In this document: piece by piece, positions 9,764-18,854 of the stretch | How the letters are laid out: each line of letters starts with the position of its first letter | How positions within the stretch are numbered: the first letter of the stretch is position 1 | Origin: Deltaproteobacteria bacterium | GTDB taxonomy: Bacteria > CG2-30-53-67 | Direction: 5' to 3' | Length of the DNA stretch: 64,000 bases | NCBI GenBank assembly: GCA_013151235.1 | Contig: JAADIO010000022.1 | Coordinates: 4,256 to 68,255, forward strand | Notes under the pieces: generated by a model | The model's database searches: none | Told to the model about the DNA's origin: nothing | Seen by the model: only the letters and a program-made list of their open reading frames with translations | Position numbers and translations under genes: made by a program

Positions 9764-9840
9764 CCCCGTGCTCCCCGTGGTCAATGCTTTTGATCTTGCC
9801 TTTGCCCCTCTGTGCCTCTGCCCCTTTGCCCCTCTGCCTG
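9764..9840. repeat. inter-cistronic repeat (family member R1) abutting rnfC stop codon
   Basis: CCCCGTGCTCCCCGTGGTCAATGCTTTTGATCTTGCC...TGTGCCTCTGCCCCTTTG about 85% identical to 24481-24560. Confidence 0.7.
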
Positions 9841-11163
9841 TTACTTCTTCTTCCGGGCCATCACCTCGGCCTTGCCGAACCGGATCAGGTGCACCAGCGG
9901 CCGGGCGGCCGGGCAAATAAAGGCACAGGAGCCGCACTCGATACAGTCGAGGATCCGGTTCCCTTCCAGTTCGTCCATGACGCCCGCCTCCACGTAGACA
10001 CCCAACAGACTCGGGTTGATCCGCATGGGACAGGCTTCCACACATTTTCCACACCGAATGCAGGGGCGGGAATCTTTCAGTTTCAGGTCTTCCTCCCGGA
10101 AGACCAGGATCCCCGAAGTACCCTTGATCACCGGGACTTCCAGTGAGTACTGGGTCATTCCCATCATGGGGCCGCCGGAGATGACCTTCCCTCTTTTGCC
10201 TTTAAACCCGCCGCAGTAGTCGATCAGCTCCGAGAAGGGGGTCCCGATCCGGACCCGGAGGTTCTTCGGATCCCGGATGCCCGGGCCGGTAACGGTCGTC
10301 ACCCGTTCAATGAGCGGCATCCCGTCATGAACAGCACAGTAGATGGCAGACGCAGTTCCCACGTTCTGGACCACCACCCCCACATCCATAGGCAGCCCAC
10401 CCGAAGGGACTTCCCGGTTCAGGATGGCCTTGATCAACTGCTTCTCCGCCCCCTGCGGATATTTCACCTTGAGGGGAACCACCTCAATCCCCGGAAGGGA
10501 TACAGCCTCCCGGGACATCACCTCGATGGCATCCGGCTTATTCCGTTCGATTCCGACAACCCCTCGCGAGACCCCCAGAACTTTCATGAGAATCGAAAGA
10601 CCGCCGAGGATCTTCTCCGGCGCCTCCAGCATGAGACGGTGATCGGCCGTCAGGAACGGTTCGCATTCCACGCCATTCACGATGACCGTATCAATCGATT
10701 TCTCGGCCGGCGGGGAGAGCTTCACATGGGTCGGGAAGGTCGCCCCGCCCATGCCGACGATCCCCGCGTCCCGGATCTTTGTCTTCAATTCCCCGGGAGA
10801 AAGAGAAAGAAAATCCTCACATCCCGAAAGGCCGTCGAATTTCCGGTCTTCCCCGTCGGAGTCGATCACAACGGAAGGAACATCCCGCCCGATTGCGTGC
10901 GGCATGGGTGCCACGGCGGTCACGATCCCGGAGATGGAGGCATGGACCGGCGCCGAGACAAACCCCTTTGCACCGCCGATCGGCTGCCCAGCGGAAACGG
11001 TTTCTTTTACCTTGACCAGAGCTTCACAGGGAGCTCCGATATGCTGCTGCAGGGGGATGACAACCCGCTTCGGCAGCGGAAGATTTTCGATCGTTTTCCG
11101 TTCCGTATAGTGTTTTTCTTCGGGAGGGTGAATCCCCCCTGCCGGAAAGGTAAGTGTCTTCAA
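9841..11163 (-). CDS. rnfC: Rnf complex subunit C (NADH-binding, 2x[4Fe-4S])
   Basis: 440 aa; two ferredoxin motifs CIRCGKCVEACP and CIECGSCAFICP. Confidence 0.9.
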   Translation of the reverse strand: MKTLTFPAGGIHPPEEKHYTERKTIENLPLPKRVVIPLQQHIGAPCEALVKVKETVSAGQPIGGAKGFVSAPVHASISGIVTAVAPMPHAIGRDVPSVVIDSDGEDRKFDGLSGCEDFLSLSPGELKTKIRDAGIVGMGGATFPTHVKLSPPAEKSIDTVIVNGVECEPFLTADHRLMLEAPEKILGGLSILMKVLGVSRGVVGIERNKPDAIEVMSREAVSLPGIEVVPLKVKYPQGAEKQLIKAILNREVPSGGLPMDVGVVVQNVGTASAIYCAVHDGMPLIERVTTVTGPGIRDPKNLRVRIGTPFSELIDYCGGFKGKRGKVISGGPMMGMTQYSLEVPVIKGTSGILVFREEDLKLKDSRPCIRCGKCVEACPMRINPSLLGVYVEAGVMDELEGNRILDCIECGSCAFICPAARPLVHLIRFGKAEVMARKKK

Positions 11164-11181
11164 ATTATCTACCTTGAAAAA

Positions 11182-11658
11182 TTATTTTTCTCCGGACTGC
11201 CGCCCCCGGACTTGAATAATCTCCTGCAGTTCATGCATGAAATCTTCGATATCCTTGAAGGAACGATAGACCGAGGCAAACCGGACGTAGGCAACATCAT
11301 CGGTCTGATGGAGAAGGGACATGATCTCCTCGCCGATCTCCCCGCTTGCAATCTCCTTTTCCATCCGCTCCTGGAACTTCCGCTCGATCTTGTCCACCAT
11401 CGACTCGATGGTGTCCATACTGACCCCCCGTTTCTGACAGGCCTTGACGATCCCGTCCCGGATCTTCTTCCGGTCGAAAGGTTCCCGGCGGTTGTCTTTC
11501 TTGATCACCATCGGAAGGATTTCTTCCACCCGCTCGTGGGTGGTGAAACGGCGTTCGCACTGCAGGCATTCCCGACGTCGACGGATGACATCTCCTTCGC
11601 GCCGCAGGCGCGAATCGACGACCTTGTTCTCTTTGTGACCGCAGAACGGACATTTCAC
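11182..11658 (-). CDS. nrdR: transcriptional repressor NrdR
   Basis: 158 aa; MKCPFCGH...[10 protein letters not shown] zinc ribbon plus ATP-cone. Confidence 0.9.
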   Translation of the reverse strand: MKCPFCGHKENKVVDSRLRREGDVIRRRRECLQCERRFTTHERVEEILPMVIKKDNRREPFDRKKIRDGIVKACQKRGVSMDTIESMVDKIERKFQERMEKEIASGEIGEEIMSLLHQTDDVAYVRFASVYRSFKDIEDFMHELQEIIQVRGRQSGEK

Positions 11659-11668
11659 GGGAGCCTCC

Positions 11669-12172
11669 TCAAGGGACTTCCCCCACTTCCGAATCGTGCC
11701 ATTGGATCAACTCCACACCGGCTTCCGCCAGCATCTCACGGGAGAGTAAATCCGGATAATCACCTTCGTAATAAATCCTGCGAATCCCTGCATTGATAAT
11801 CATCTTCGAGCAGATCATACAGGGAAGATTGGTACAGTACAGATCGGCGCCTTCGATACTGATCCCATGCTTGGCGGCCTGAATGATGGCGTTCTGTTCC
11901 GCATGGAGGGCCCGGCAGAGTTCGTGCCGCTCACCGGAGGGGACATTCATCTGTTCCCGGAGACAGCCGATTTCAAGGCAATGACGAGTCCCCGAAGGGG
12001 ATCCATTGTAACCGGTCGTCAGGATATTCTTATCCTTGACGATCACCGCACCGATATGACGGCGCAGGCAGGTGGAACGGCTCTTCACCATATGGGTGAT
12101 GTCCATGAAATATTCTTCCCAGGAGGGACGCTTCATATTCCTGAGGGCTCCGGTAAAGAGATGATCCTTCAT
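11669..12172 (-). CDS. dCMP/CMP deaminase (zinc-dependent)
   Basis: 167 aa; HAEQNAI...[14 protein letters not shown] cytidine/deoxycytidylate deaminase zinc-binding motifs. Confidence 0.8.
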   Translation of the reverse strand: MKDHLFTGALRNMKRPSWEEYFMDITHMVKSRSTCLRRHIGAVIVKDKNILTTGYNGSPSGTRHCLEIGCLREQMNVPSGERHELCRALHAEQNAIIQAAKHGISIEGADLYCTNLPCMICSKMIINAGIRRIYYEGDYPDLLSREMLAEAGVELIQWHDSEVGEVP

Positions 12173-13476
12173 TCCGCCAGCCGGTCGGTATAGACGGGGA
12201 AATTTTCGTTCAATTGCGCCACCTCCTGACGCACCGACCGGACAACCTCCTCCGAATCGATATTCTGCAAAACCCGATCAATAAAATCGACAATCCTGCG
12301 GGCCTCCTCCTCCTTCATTCCCCGGGTCGTAATAATCGGCGTCCCGATCCGGATACCGCTGGTGATGGTCGGCGGCGCCGTATCGAAGGGAATTACATTC
12401 TTGTTCAGCGTAATTCCGGCACGATCCAACGCCTTTTCGGCCCGGTCACCGGAAATCCCCGTCTCACTGAGATCAACCAGCATAAGATGGTTGTCGGTCC
12501 CCCCGGAGACAATTCTGTACCCCCGATCCTGCAGCTCCTCCGACATGGTCCGGGCATTCTTGATGACCTGCGCCTGGTACTCCCTGAAGGTCGGCAGCAT
12601 CGCCTCTTTCAGGGCCACGGCCTTTCCCGCGATGGTGTGCATGAGAGGCCCTCCCTGCATGCCGGGAAAAATCGTATGATCCAGAGCCCGACCGAATTTC
12701 TCCTTGCAGAAAATCATCCCCCCCCGGGGGCCGCGCAGGGTCTTATGCGTCGTCGTCGTTACGAAATCGGCAAGCGGCGTGGGGTTGGGATGGAGCCCCA
12801 CCGCGATGAGGCCTGCAATGTGGGCGATATCCACCATGAGATAAGCGCCGACCTCGTCGGCAATACTGCGAAAAGCATCAAAATCTATCGTCCGGGAATA
12901 GGCCGATGCGCCGGCAACAATCATCTGCGGACGAAGCGTCCGGGCCGTCTCCCGGACCTCGTCGTAATCGATCCGTCCGGTTTCACGGGAGACCCCGTAG
13001 GAATGGGACCCATAGAGTTTGCCTGAAATGTTCACGGAGGCTCCGTGGCTCAGATGCCCCCCGTGAGAGAGCGACATCCCCAGGATCTTATCCCCCGGTT
13101 CGAGTACGGTCAGATAAACCGCCAGGTTGGCCGAGGTCCCGGAGTGCGGCTGGACATTCACATGCTCGGCACCGAAGATCTTCTTCGCCCGGTCGATCGC
13201 CAACTGTTCCACACGGTCCACGTTCTCGCAGCCGCCGTAGTAGCGATGCCCCGGATACCCCTCAGCGTACTTGTTCGTCATCACCGACCCCTGCACATCG
13301 AGGACCGCTTGACTGACGTAGTTCTCCGACGCGATCAGAACAATCTGTTCATTTTCCCGGAGGGCCTCATCCCGCAGGGCATCCGCCACTTCCGGATCCA
13401 ATTCTCTTAACAATCCAAGACCTTCTCTTTCGTCACTTCGACTCAAAACCACAGATCTTTTCGACACGCCGGGCAT
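12169..13476 (-). CDS. glyA: serine hydroxymethyltransferase
   Basis: Strong SHMT similarity ([23 protein letters not shown]-lysine region [13 protein letters not shown]). The ORF-track start overlaps rpiB by 44 nt, so the true start is probably an internal GTG/TTG near 13410-13452. Confidence 0.9.
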   Translation of the reverse strand: MPGVSKRSVVLSRSDEREGLGLLRELDPEVADALRDEALRENEQIVLIASENYVSQAVLDVQGSVMTNKYAEGYPGHRYYGGCENVDRVEQLAIDRAKKIFGAEHVNVQPHSGTSANLAVYLTVLEPGDKILGMSLSHGGHLSHGASVNISGKLYGSHSYGVSRETGRIDYDEVRETARTLRPQMIVAGASAYSRTIDFDAFRSIADEVGAYLMVDIAHIAGLIAVGLHPNPTPLADFVTTTTHKTLRGPRGGMIFCKEKFGRALDHTIFPGMQGGPLMHTIAGKAVALKEAMLPTFREYQAQVIKNARTMSEELQDRGYRIVSGGTDNHLMLVDLSETGISGDRAEKALDRAGITLNKNVIPFDTAPPTITSGIRIGTPIITTRGMKEEEARRIVDFIDRVLQNIDSEEVVRSVRQEVAQLNENFPVYTDRLAE

Positions 13477-13873
13477 GCCGCCCGCCTTCGAAATCCGTTT
13501 CCACCCAGACCCGGACCATCTCCTCGGCCAGACCGCTTCCGATCACCCGCTCGCCCATGGTCAGAATGTTGGCATTGTTATGCTCCCGGGAAAGCCGGGC
13601 GGTAAAAATATTGTGGCAGAGGGCTGCACGAACACCGGGAAACTTGTTGGCGGCAATCGACATCCCGATCCCGGTGCCGCAGATCAGGATCCCCCGGTCA
13701 AAGACCCCTTCCGATACCCCCTGTGCCACCTTTTCGGCATAATCGGGATAGTCCACGGATGCCGCATCACTACAGCCGAAATCGGTCACGTCATGACCGA
13801 GTCCCGTCAGGATCTTGCAAATCTGATTCTTCAGCAAATACCCGCCGTGATCCGCTCCCAGGGCGATTCTCAT
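13433..13873 (-). CDS. rpiB: ribose-5-phosphate isomerase B
   Basis: Start at [11 protein letters not shown] (ATG 13873, RBS AAGGA 8 nt upstream); RpiB/LacAB family. Confidence 0.85.
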   Translation of the reverse strand: MRIALGADHGGYLLKNQICKILTGLGHDVTDFGCSDAASVDYPDYAEKVAQGVSEGVFDRGILICGTGIGMSIAANKFPGVRAALCHNIFTARLSREHNNANILTMGERVIGSGLAEEMVRVWVETDFEGGRHARRVEKICGFESK

Positions 13874-13983
13874 CCCCATTTCCTTCCCGGACCGCATGCG
13901 GTCCTCCGTGGTTACAAAAACTTGTGCATCATACTGAATTCCGGTTTCCCGGTCAAGAAAAATCCCGGTTTTTGCTTGGGATA

Positions 13984-15651
13984 TCAGGGAAGGAGTTGCG
14001 GAGCGGAAGGCCGCTGCAAACGCTTCGGTACCCACCAATCCTCAAAATTGTACCAGATCCCCGCCTTTTCCTGCCGGATGCCGTGGAATTTCACATTGAC
14101 AATCGGCAGGGCATCCGGGACATAGAGAAAGCAGTAAGGCTGGTCTTCGGCAAGGATGGCGTGAATCTTCCGGTAGATTTCCTGTCGCTTCTTCCGGTCA
14201 AAGGTCTTCCGTCCGAGGACTAAAAGCCGGTCGACCTCCGGATTCCTGTAGGAGACGAAGTTATACTGGCTGGGTCCGGTCTGGGAGGAATGCCACATAA
14301 TATAATTGTCCGGATCGACCCCGATCGACCAGCCGAGGAGGATCGCTTCGAAGTTCCGTTTGTCGACAAACTGGTTGATGAAGGCCTGCCATTCAACAAC
14401 CTTGATCTTCACTGCGATTCCGACCTTCCTGAGATTCTGCTGGATGATCTCCGCCGCCTGCTTGCGTTCATCGTTCCCCTGGTTGGTAATGATCGTAAAT
14501 TGAAACGGTTGTCCGTCACGGTCGAGGATCCCATCACCGTCGGTATCGACCCATCCGGCATCGGCCAACATCCTCCGGGCCTTTTCAGGATCATAGGGAT
14601 ATCGCCGTGCTTTCGGATTGTAGGCCCAGTAGTGGGGAGGATAAGGACCCGTCGCAACGGAACCGAGGCCGAGCCGGACCCCTTTGATGATATCCTCCTT
14701 GTTGATGGCATAGGCGAGGGCCTGACGCACCTTCTTCTCGGAAAATTTCGGATCCCTCAGATTGTAGCCGAGATAGGTATAACCGTTTGCGGGATAACGG
14801 AACTTCCGGAAATTCTCCCGAAAGAAGGCGGTCTTCGTCTGGCGCTGATACTGCAGGGGGGTGAGTCCCATGGAATCCACCCCTTTCGCTTTCAGTTCAA
14901 GGAAGATCGTCGCCGGGTCGGGAATGATCCGGTAGATATATTCGTCGATATTCGGACGTCCCTTGAAGTAGTCATCATTGGCCGTGAGGACGATCTTCTG
15001 GCCGGTCAGCCATTCCTTGAACTTGTAGGGGCCGGTCCCCACGGGATGGCGGTTGAAGCGGTCGGTATTGATGTCTTTTCCAGCGAGGAGGTGTTTCGGA
15101 ATGATCCCGATGCTCCAACTCTCCAGGGCCGGTGCAAAGGGTTCCTTGTAGGTCACCCGAAAGGTCAGGGGATCGAGGACCTCGGCCTTGGCCACCCGTT
15201 CATAGTCGGCGCCATAAGGGGTCGCAACGTTGGGATCGATCAGTTTTTGATAGGTGAAGAGGACATCATCAGCCGTAAAGGGAACCCCGTCCTGCCAGCG
15301 GACATTGGGACGGAGATGAAAGGTGATGACCAGGCCGTCATCGGAAACGTCCCACGACTCGGCCAGGTCCCCCTCGAAGTGGAGATCCTTGTCGTACTTG
15401 ATCAGACCGTTAAAAACCTGCCCGTTGATATCACCGGAGGCACTGTCATTGGCAATGACCGGGTTGAGCCGTTTGGCATCGCCGATCGAGGCCACAATGA
15501 TCGTCCCACCCGTCACCGGATTCTCATCCTGTGCTGCGGAGGCACTCTTCTTTGGAACATCGTCCCGGGAGGAACAACCGGAGAATGCCAGAAGGAGAAG
15601 CAGACAACCGACCAACAGTTTTGAACGAACGATATCTGTCCGCCGAAGCAA
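13984..15651 (-). CDS. ABC transporter substrate-binding lipoprotein, family 5 (peptide/nickel type)
   Basis: 555 aa, lipoprotein signal LLAFSGCSS, SBP_bac_5-like throughout. Confidence 0.8.
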   Translation of the reverse strand: MLRRTDIVRSKLLVGCLLLLLAFSGCSSRDDVPKKSASAAQDENPVTGGTIIVASIGDAKRLNPVIANDSASGDINGQVFNGLIKYDKDLHFEGDLAESWDVSDDGLVITFHLRPNVRWQDGVPFTADDVLFTYQKLIDPNVATPYGADYERVAKAEVLDPLTFRVTYKEPFAPALESWSIGIIPKHLLAGKDINTDRFNRHPVGTGPYKFKEWLTGQKIVLTANDDYFKGRPNIDEYIYRIIPDPATIFLELKAKGVDSMGLTPLQYQRQTKTAFFRENFRKFRYPANGYTYLGYNLRDPKFSEKKVRQALAYAINKEDIIKGVRLGLGSVATGPYPPHYWAYNPKARRYPYDPEKARRMLADAGWVDTDGDGILDRDGQPFQFTIITNQGNDERKQAAEIIQQNLRKVGIAVKIKVVEWQAFINQFVDKRNFEAILLGWSIGVDPDNYIMWHSSQTGPSQYNFVSYRNPEVDRLLVLGRKTFDRKKRQEIYRKIHAILAEDQPYCFLYVPDALPIVNVKFHGIRQEKAGIWYNFEDWWVPKRLQRPSAPQLLP

Positions 15652-15722
15652 GGGATCACTCCTTTCCGACGCCGCAGGAAGACCTCCGGCAGTCTCCCCA
15701 CCGGAGAGTGCTGATGAGCGGA

Positions 15723-16133
15723 TTACTTCCCGGTCGGTACGGATTTTGCCGGGGCCGGAGGAGTCGAAGCAGGCGGTGCACTTGCAGGGTTCGACCCTTT
15801 CGATACCGGCGGCAGGGACTGGTTCAGTCCGCCGGGCAACACGGGGAGTTTGGGAACCCTCTGTTCCGTTCGGATGGGAACCTTATCGACAACGGAGGGA
15901 GCAACCTTTCCGCTCGAAAAGTAGGCCAGACTCAGGGAGGTCACCATGAAGATGGCCGCCGCCCAGGCAGTCAGTTTCCCTAAAAAATCGGTGGGACCGG
16001 CGCTTCCGAAAACCGTCTGACTCGCCCCTCCGAAGGCGGCGCCCATCTCCGCCCCCTTGCCTCCCTGGAGCAGAACGATGATGATCAGAATGATACAGAC
16101 GATGACATGTACAACTACGAGCAATGGGACCAT
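15723..16133 (-). CDS. secG: preprotein translocase subunit SecG
   Basis: MVPLLVVVHVIVCIILIIIVLLQGGKG typical SecG start; ATG 16133 preceded by GAAAGGAG; the ORF-track TTG start at 16151 is less likely. Confidence 0.8.
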   Translation of the reverse strand: MVPLLVVVHVIVCIILIIIVLLQGGKGAEMGAAFGGASQTVFGSAGPTDFLGKLTAWAAAIFMVTSLSLAYFSSGKVAPSVVDKVPIRTEQRVPKLPVLPGGLNQSLPPVSKGSNPASAPPASTPPAPAKSVPTGK

Positions 16134-16311
16134 GAATTTGACTCCTTTCAATCATCTATTGATCGTAGATTATTATCACAAATCGGGGGGAAGATACAAG
16201 ATAGAAAACGGGAAAATAGAAATCAGGCCCCGGAATCGGAAAACAAAAACCGGAACTGCCGCCGACAAAGAGAGGGGAACTGAACCGTCACCGGGAACCT
16301 TCCGGCAGGAT

Positions 16312-16770
16312 CTACCGATTGGCCGTCACCGCCAGAACCAGGAACCCGTGCCGGTAAGGCGGACCGCCGAGGATCACCGTCCCGTGATCCTCAATCCGCA
16401 AACGGGTCGTCAGAATCGAGGATTCGCCTTGATTGATTCTGACACGGAGCAGGATTTTCCCCTTCGAGAAACGCTCAGGCGTTACTTCCATCACCCGCCC
16501 GCCGGGCACCTGCAGCCGACCGGTTTCCCCCCGCTCCACGGCAAGCCCTTGACTGTCCAGGAGTTGGAAGGAGATATAATTCAAGGCCAGCAAATCCTTT
16601 TTCAAGGCAAGGAGACGGGGGTCGAATCCCTCATCCGAATTGGAGGCAAGAATGACCTGTACGTCAATATGAAAAACCCCGGCATCGGCCGGAACCACCG
16701 CAGCCCCCCACATCAGGATCAGAGCGACCCCGAAGAAGATCCCCCCGTACCGTTTCATGTTCCACCCCAT
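16312..16770 (-). CDS. hypothetical secreted protein
   Basis: 152 aa with signal peptide; no recognisable domain. Confidence 0.4.
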   Translation of the reverse strand: MGWNMKRYGGIFFGVALILMWGAAVVPADAGVFHIDVQVILASNSDEGFDPRLLALKKDLLALNYISFQLLDSQGLAVERGETGRLQVPGGRVMEVTPERFSKGKILLRVRINQGESSILTTRLRIEDHGTVILGGPPYRHGFLVLAVTANR

Positions 16771-16856
16771 TTCCCAGGCGCCTCCTCAGAAAATGTATCA
16801 ATTGCTTGGAAGAATAACGGCCCCGCCTCTCCCGGCAGGGAATGGATCACATTGTG

Positions 16857-17381
16857 TCATACATCCCGATTTCCTGTGACCCAGATGACCGTCATATCGG
16901 ATCCGTGGGTCTTGAAAAGGAGGATCGTCCGGTCCCCGCTTTCGACATCCTCGACAATACAGTCATTTACCGAGCTTGTTTTTATCACAGTCGGCGCCGG
17001 TTTGTAAACGACAAAGAAAACCGCCGATACGAGCAGGACCGTCACCGTCAGGGTGAGAGTCACGGGCCGGAACCGGAGGATGGGAGTCCAAAACCTCGTT
17101 CTCTCCGGCCCCCTTGTGTCGCCCCCTTTCACGAACGGGATCTGCCGCATGATTCGTTCATGGAGGGAAGAAAGCGCCCCGTCCTCCACGGCCACCGCAG
17201 CGGAAAAGCCCTCCCGCAGCAGGTTCCGGACCGCCCGGATCCGGTCGACTTCCGCCCGGCAGACCGGGCAGGACTCCAGATGTTCCGCAATCCGTCCCGC
17301 TTTGCGCTTCGGGAGTTCCCCGTCCAGCCAGGCACCGAGAAGGTAATGGATCCCTTGACACTTATCCTTCACCGATCTCAC
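16857..17381 (-). CDS. zinc-finger anti-sigma factor (ZAS-type), membrane-spanning
   Basis: 174 aa; HLESCPVCRAEV HxxxCxxC motif, central TM helix; 4-nt overlap context with the upstream ECF sigma gene. Confidence 0.6.
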   Translation of the reverse strand: MRSVKDKCQGIHYLLGAWLDGELPKRKAGRIAEHLESCPVCRAEVDRIRAVRNLLREGFSAAVAVEDGALSSLHERIMRQIPFVKGGDTRGPERTRFWTPILRFRPVTLTLTVTVLLVSAVFFVVYKPAPTVIKTSSVNDCIVEDVESGDRTILLFKTHGSDMTVIWVTGNRDV

Positions 17382-17973
17382 CTTCTTTCAGATAGGGCCG
17401 CAGGATCTCCTGAAGCCTCTGCCGTGCATAATGGAGGCGCGACATGACCGTCCCCTTGCGGATCCCGAGCGAGGCTGCGATCTCCTCATAGGCAAGCCCC
17501 TCGATCTCCCGCAGAAGGATCACCGCCCGCTGTTGTTCCGGCAGCGACTGAACGGCATCGGTGATCACCCGCCCCAGCTCCTTCTTCTCCAGTTCCCGCC
17601 CCGGGTTGAAATACGAGGAGGGAGGAGTACGGATACTCTCTTCGTCGGAGGGGAGATAGGTATCGTCATATTCCACGTGCCGTTTCCGCCCTTCCTTCCG
17701 ATAGTGGTCGATGACCCGATTGTAGGCGATACGGTACAACCAGGTATAAAAATCGCTCCCGCCCCGGAACCCCGGAAGGGAGCGATAGGCCTTTAAAAAG
17801 GTCTCCTGCGTCATATCGAGGGCATCTTCCCGGTTCCCCAACATCCCGTAGGTCAGGCCGTAGATCCTTTTGCGGTATCGTTCGACCAGCCGGGAGAAGG
17901 CCTCTTTGTCTCCCTTCCGGGACCGGCGTACCCACTCCAGCTCTTCCGGCACCGGGGCTCTCTTTCTTCTCAT
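17362..17973 (-). CDS. RNA polymerase ECF-type sigma-70 factor
   Basis: 203 aa; sigma-70 region 2 (TQETFLKAYR...YTWLYRIAYNRVIDHYR) and region 4 HTH. Confidence 0.9.
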   Translation of the reverse strand: MRRKRAPVPEELEWVRRSRKGDKEAFSRLVERYRKRIYGLTYGMLGNREDALDMTQETFLKAYRSLPGFRGGSDFYTWLYRIAYNRVIDHYRKEGRKRHVEYDDTYLPSDEESIRTPPSSYFNPGRELEKKELGRVITDAVQSLPEQQRAVILLREIEGLAYEEIAASLGIRKGTVMSRLHYARQRLQEILRPYLKEGEIGEG

Positions 17974-18043
17974 TAGACGATCCGATCCCTGAAATATTCT
18001 ATTTCATGTCAGGGAGATGGAGTTTTGAGTTGCGTCGAAAGGA

Positions 18044-18808
18044 TCAGGAAGGAGTGCCGGCAAGGACGATACCGACAAAGGATTCCACCGCCAGGCTGGC
18101 CCCACCCACCAGTGCTCCGTCAATATCAGTACATCCCAGCAGTTCCCGTGCATTGGAAGGTTTGACGCTTCCCCCGTAAAGAATCCGGATCCGTGCCGCC
18201 ACCTCCGTATCGTAGAGTTCGGAAAGAAGATTCCGGACACGGGAATGGACCTCGTTCGCCTGCTCCGGCGTCGCCGTTTTCCCGGTTCCGATGGCCCAGA
18301 TCGGTTCGTAAGCGATAACGATTCGGGAGATCTCCTGGTCGGAAATCCCCGCCAGACCTTGCCGGAGTTGATCCCCGACGACTTCCATGGTTTTCCCTTC
18401 CTCCCGTTCGGACAGGGATTCCCCGGCACAGAGGATCGGCATCAGGCCTGCGTCCAGGGCCGACCGCACCTTCCGGTTCACCGTCTCACTGGACTCGCCG
18501 AAGATCCCGCGCCGCTCCGAATGTCCCAGGATTACGTAACGGCATCCCGCGCTCCGGACCATCACCGGGGAGACCTCTCCGGTGAAGGCCCCTTCCTTTT
18601 CATAATGGAGATTCTGGGCCGCAAGAGCAATCCGGCTCCCCTTCAGTACCTGATGAACCGCCGTAAGGGCCGTGAAAGGGGGGGCCACAGCAACTTCAAC
18701 CGCCTCGGCATCACCGACCTTCTCTTTCAGTCCCTCCACAAGCGCAACGGCCTCGGGAACGGTTTTGTGCATCTTCCAGTTCCCGGCAATCATGATTTTG
18801 CGCATCAT
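18044..18808 (-). CDS. tpiA: triosephosphate isomerase
   Basis: MIAGNWKMHKT, AYEPIWAIGTGKTA motifs. Confidence 0.95.
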   Translation of the reverse strand: MMRKIMIAGNWKMHKTVPEAVALVEGLKEKVGDAEAVEVAVAPPFTALTAVHQVLKGSRIALAAQNLHYEKEGAFTGEVSPVMVRSAGCRYVILGHSERRGIFGESSETVNRKVRSALDAGLMPILCAGESLSEREEGKTMEVVGDQLRQGLAGISDQEISRIVIAYEPIWAIGTGKTATPEQANEVHSRVRNLLSELYDTEVAARIRILYGGSVKPSNARELLGCTDIDGALVGGASLAVESFVGIVLAGTPS

Positions 18809-18854
18809 TTTCCCTCCTCACGGATTGTCGGATTCGTATGGAAAAGGCTTTGCA

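Noticed and set aside
10327-11796. 489-aa plus-strand ORF spanning rnfC/nrdR/deaminase region
   Set aside because: Antisense to three convincingly identified genes. The translation is low-complexity (R/P/G/H-rich).
14290-15624. 444-aa plus-strand ORF antisense to the substrate-binding protein gene
   Set aside because: Shadow ORF with no motifs. The opposite strand encodes a clear lipoprotein SBP.
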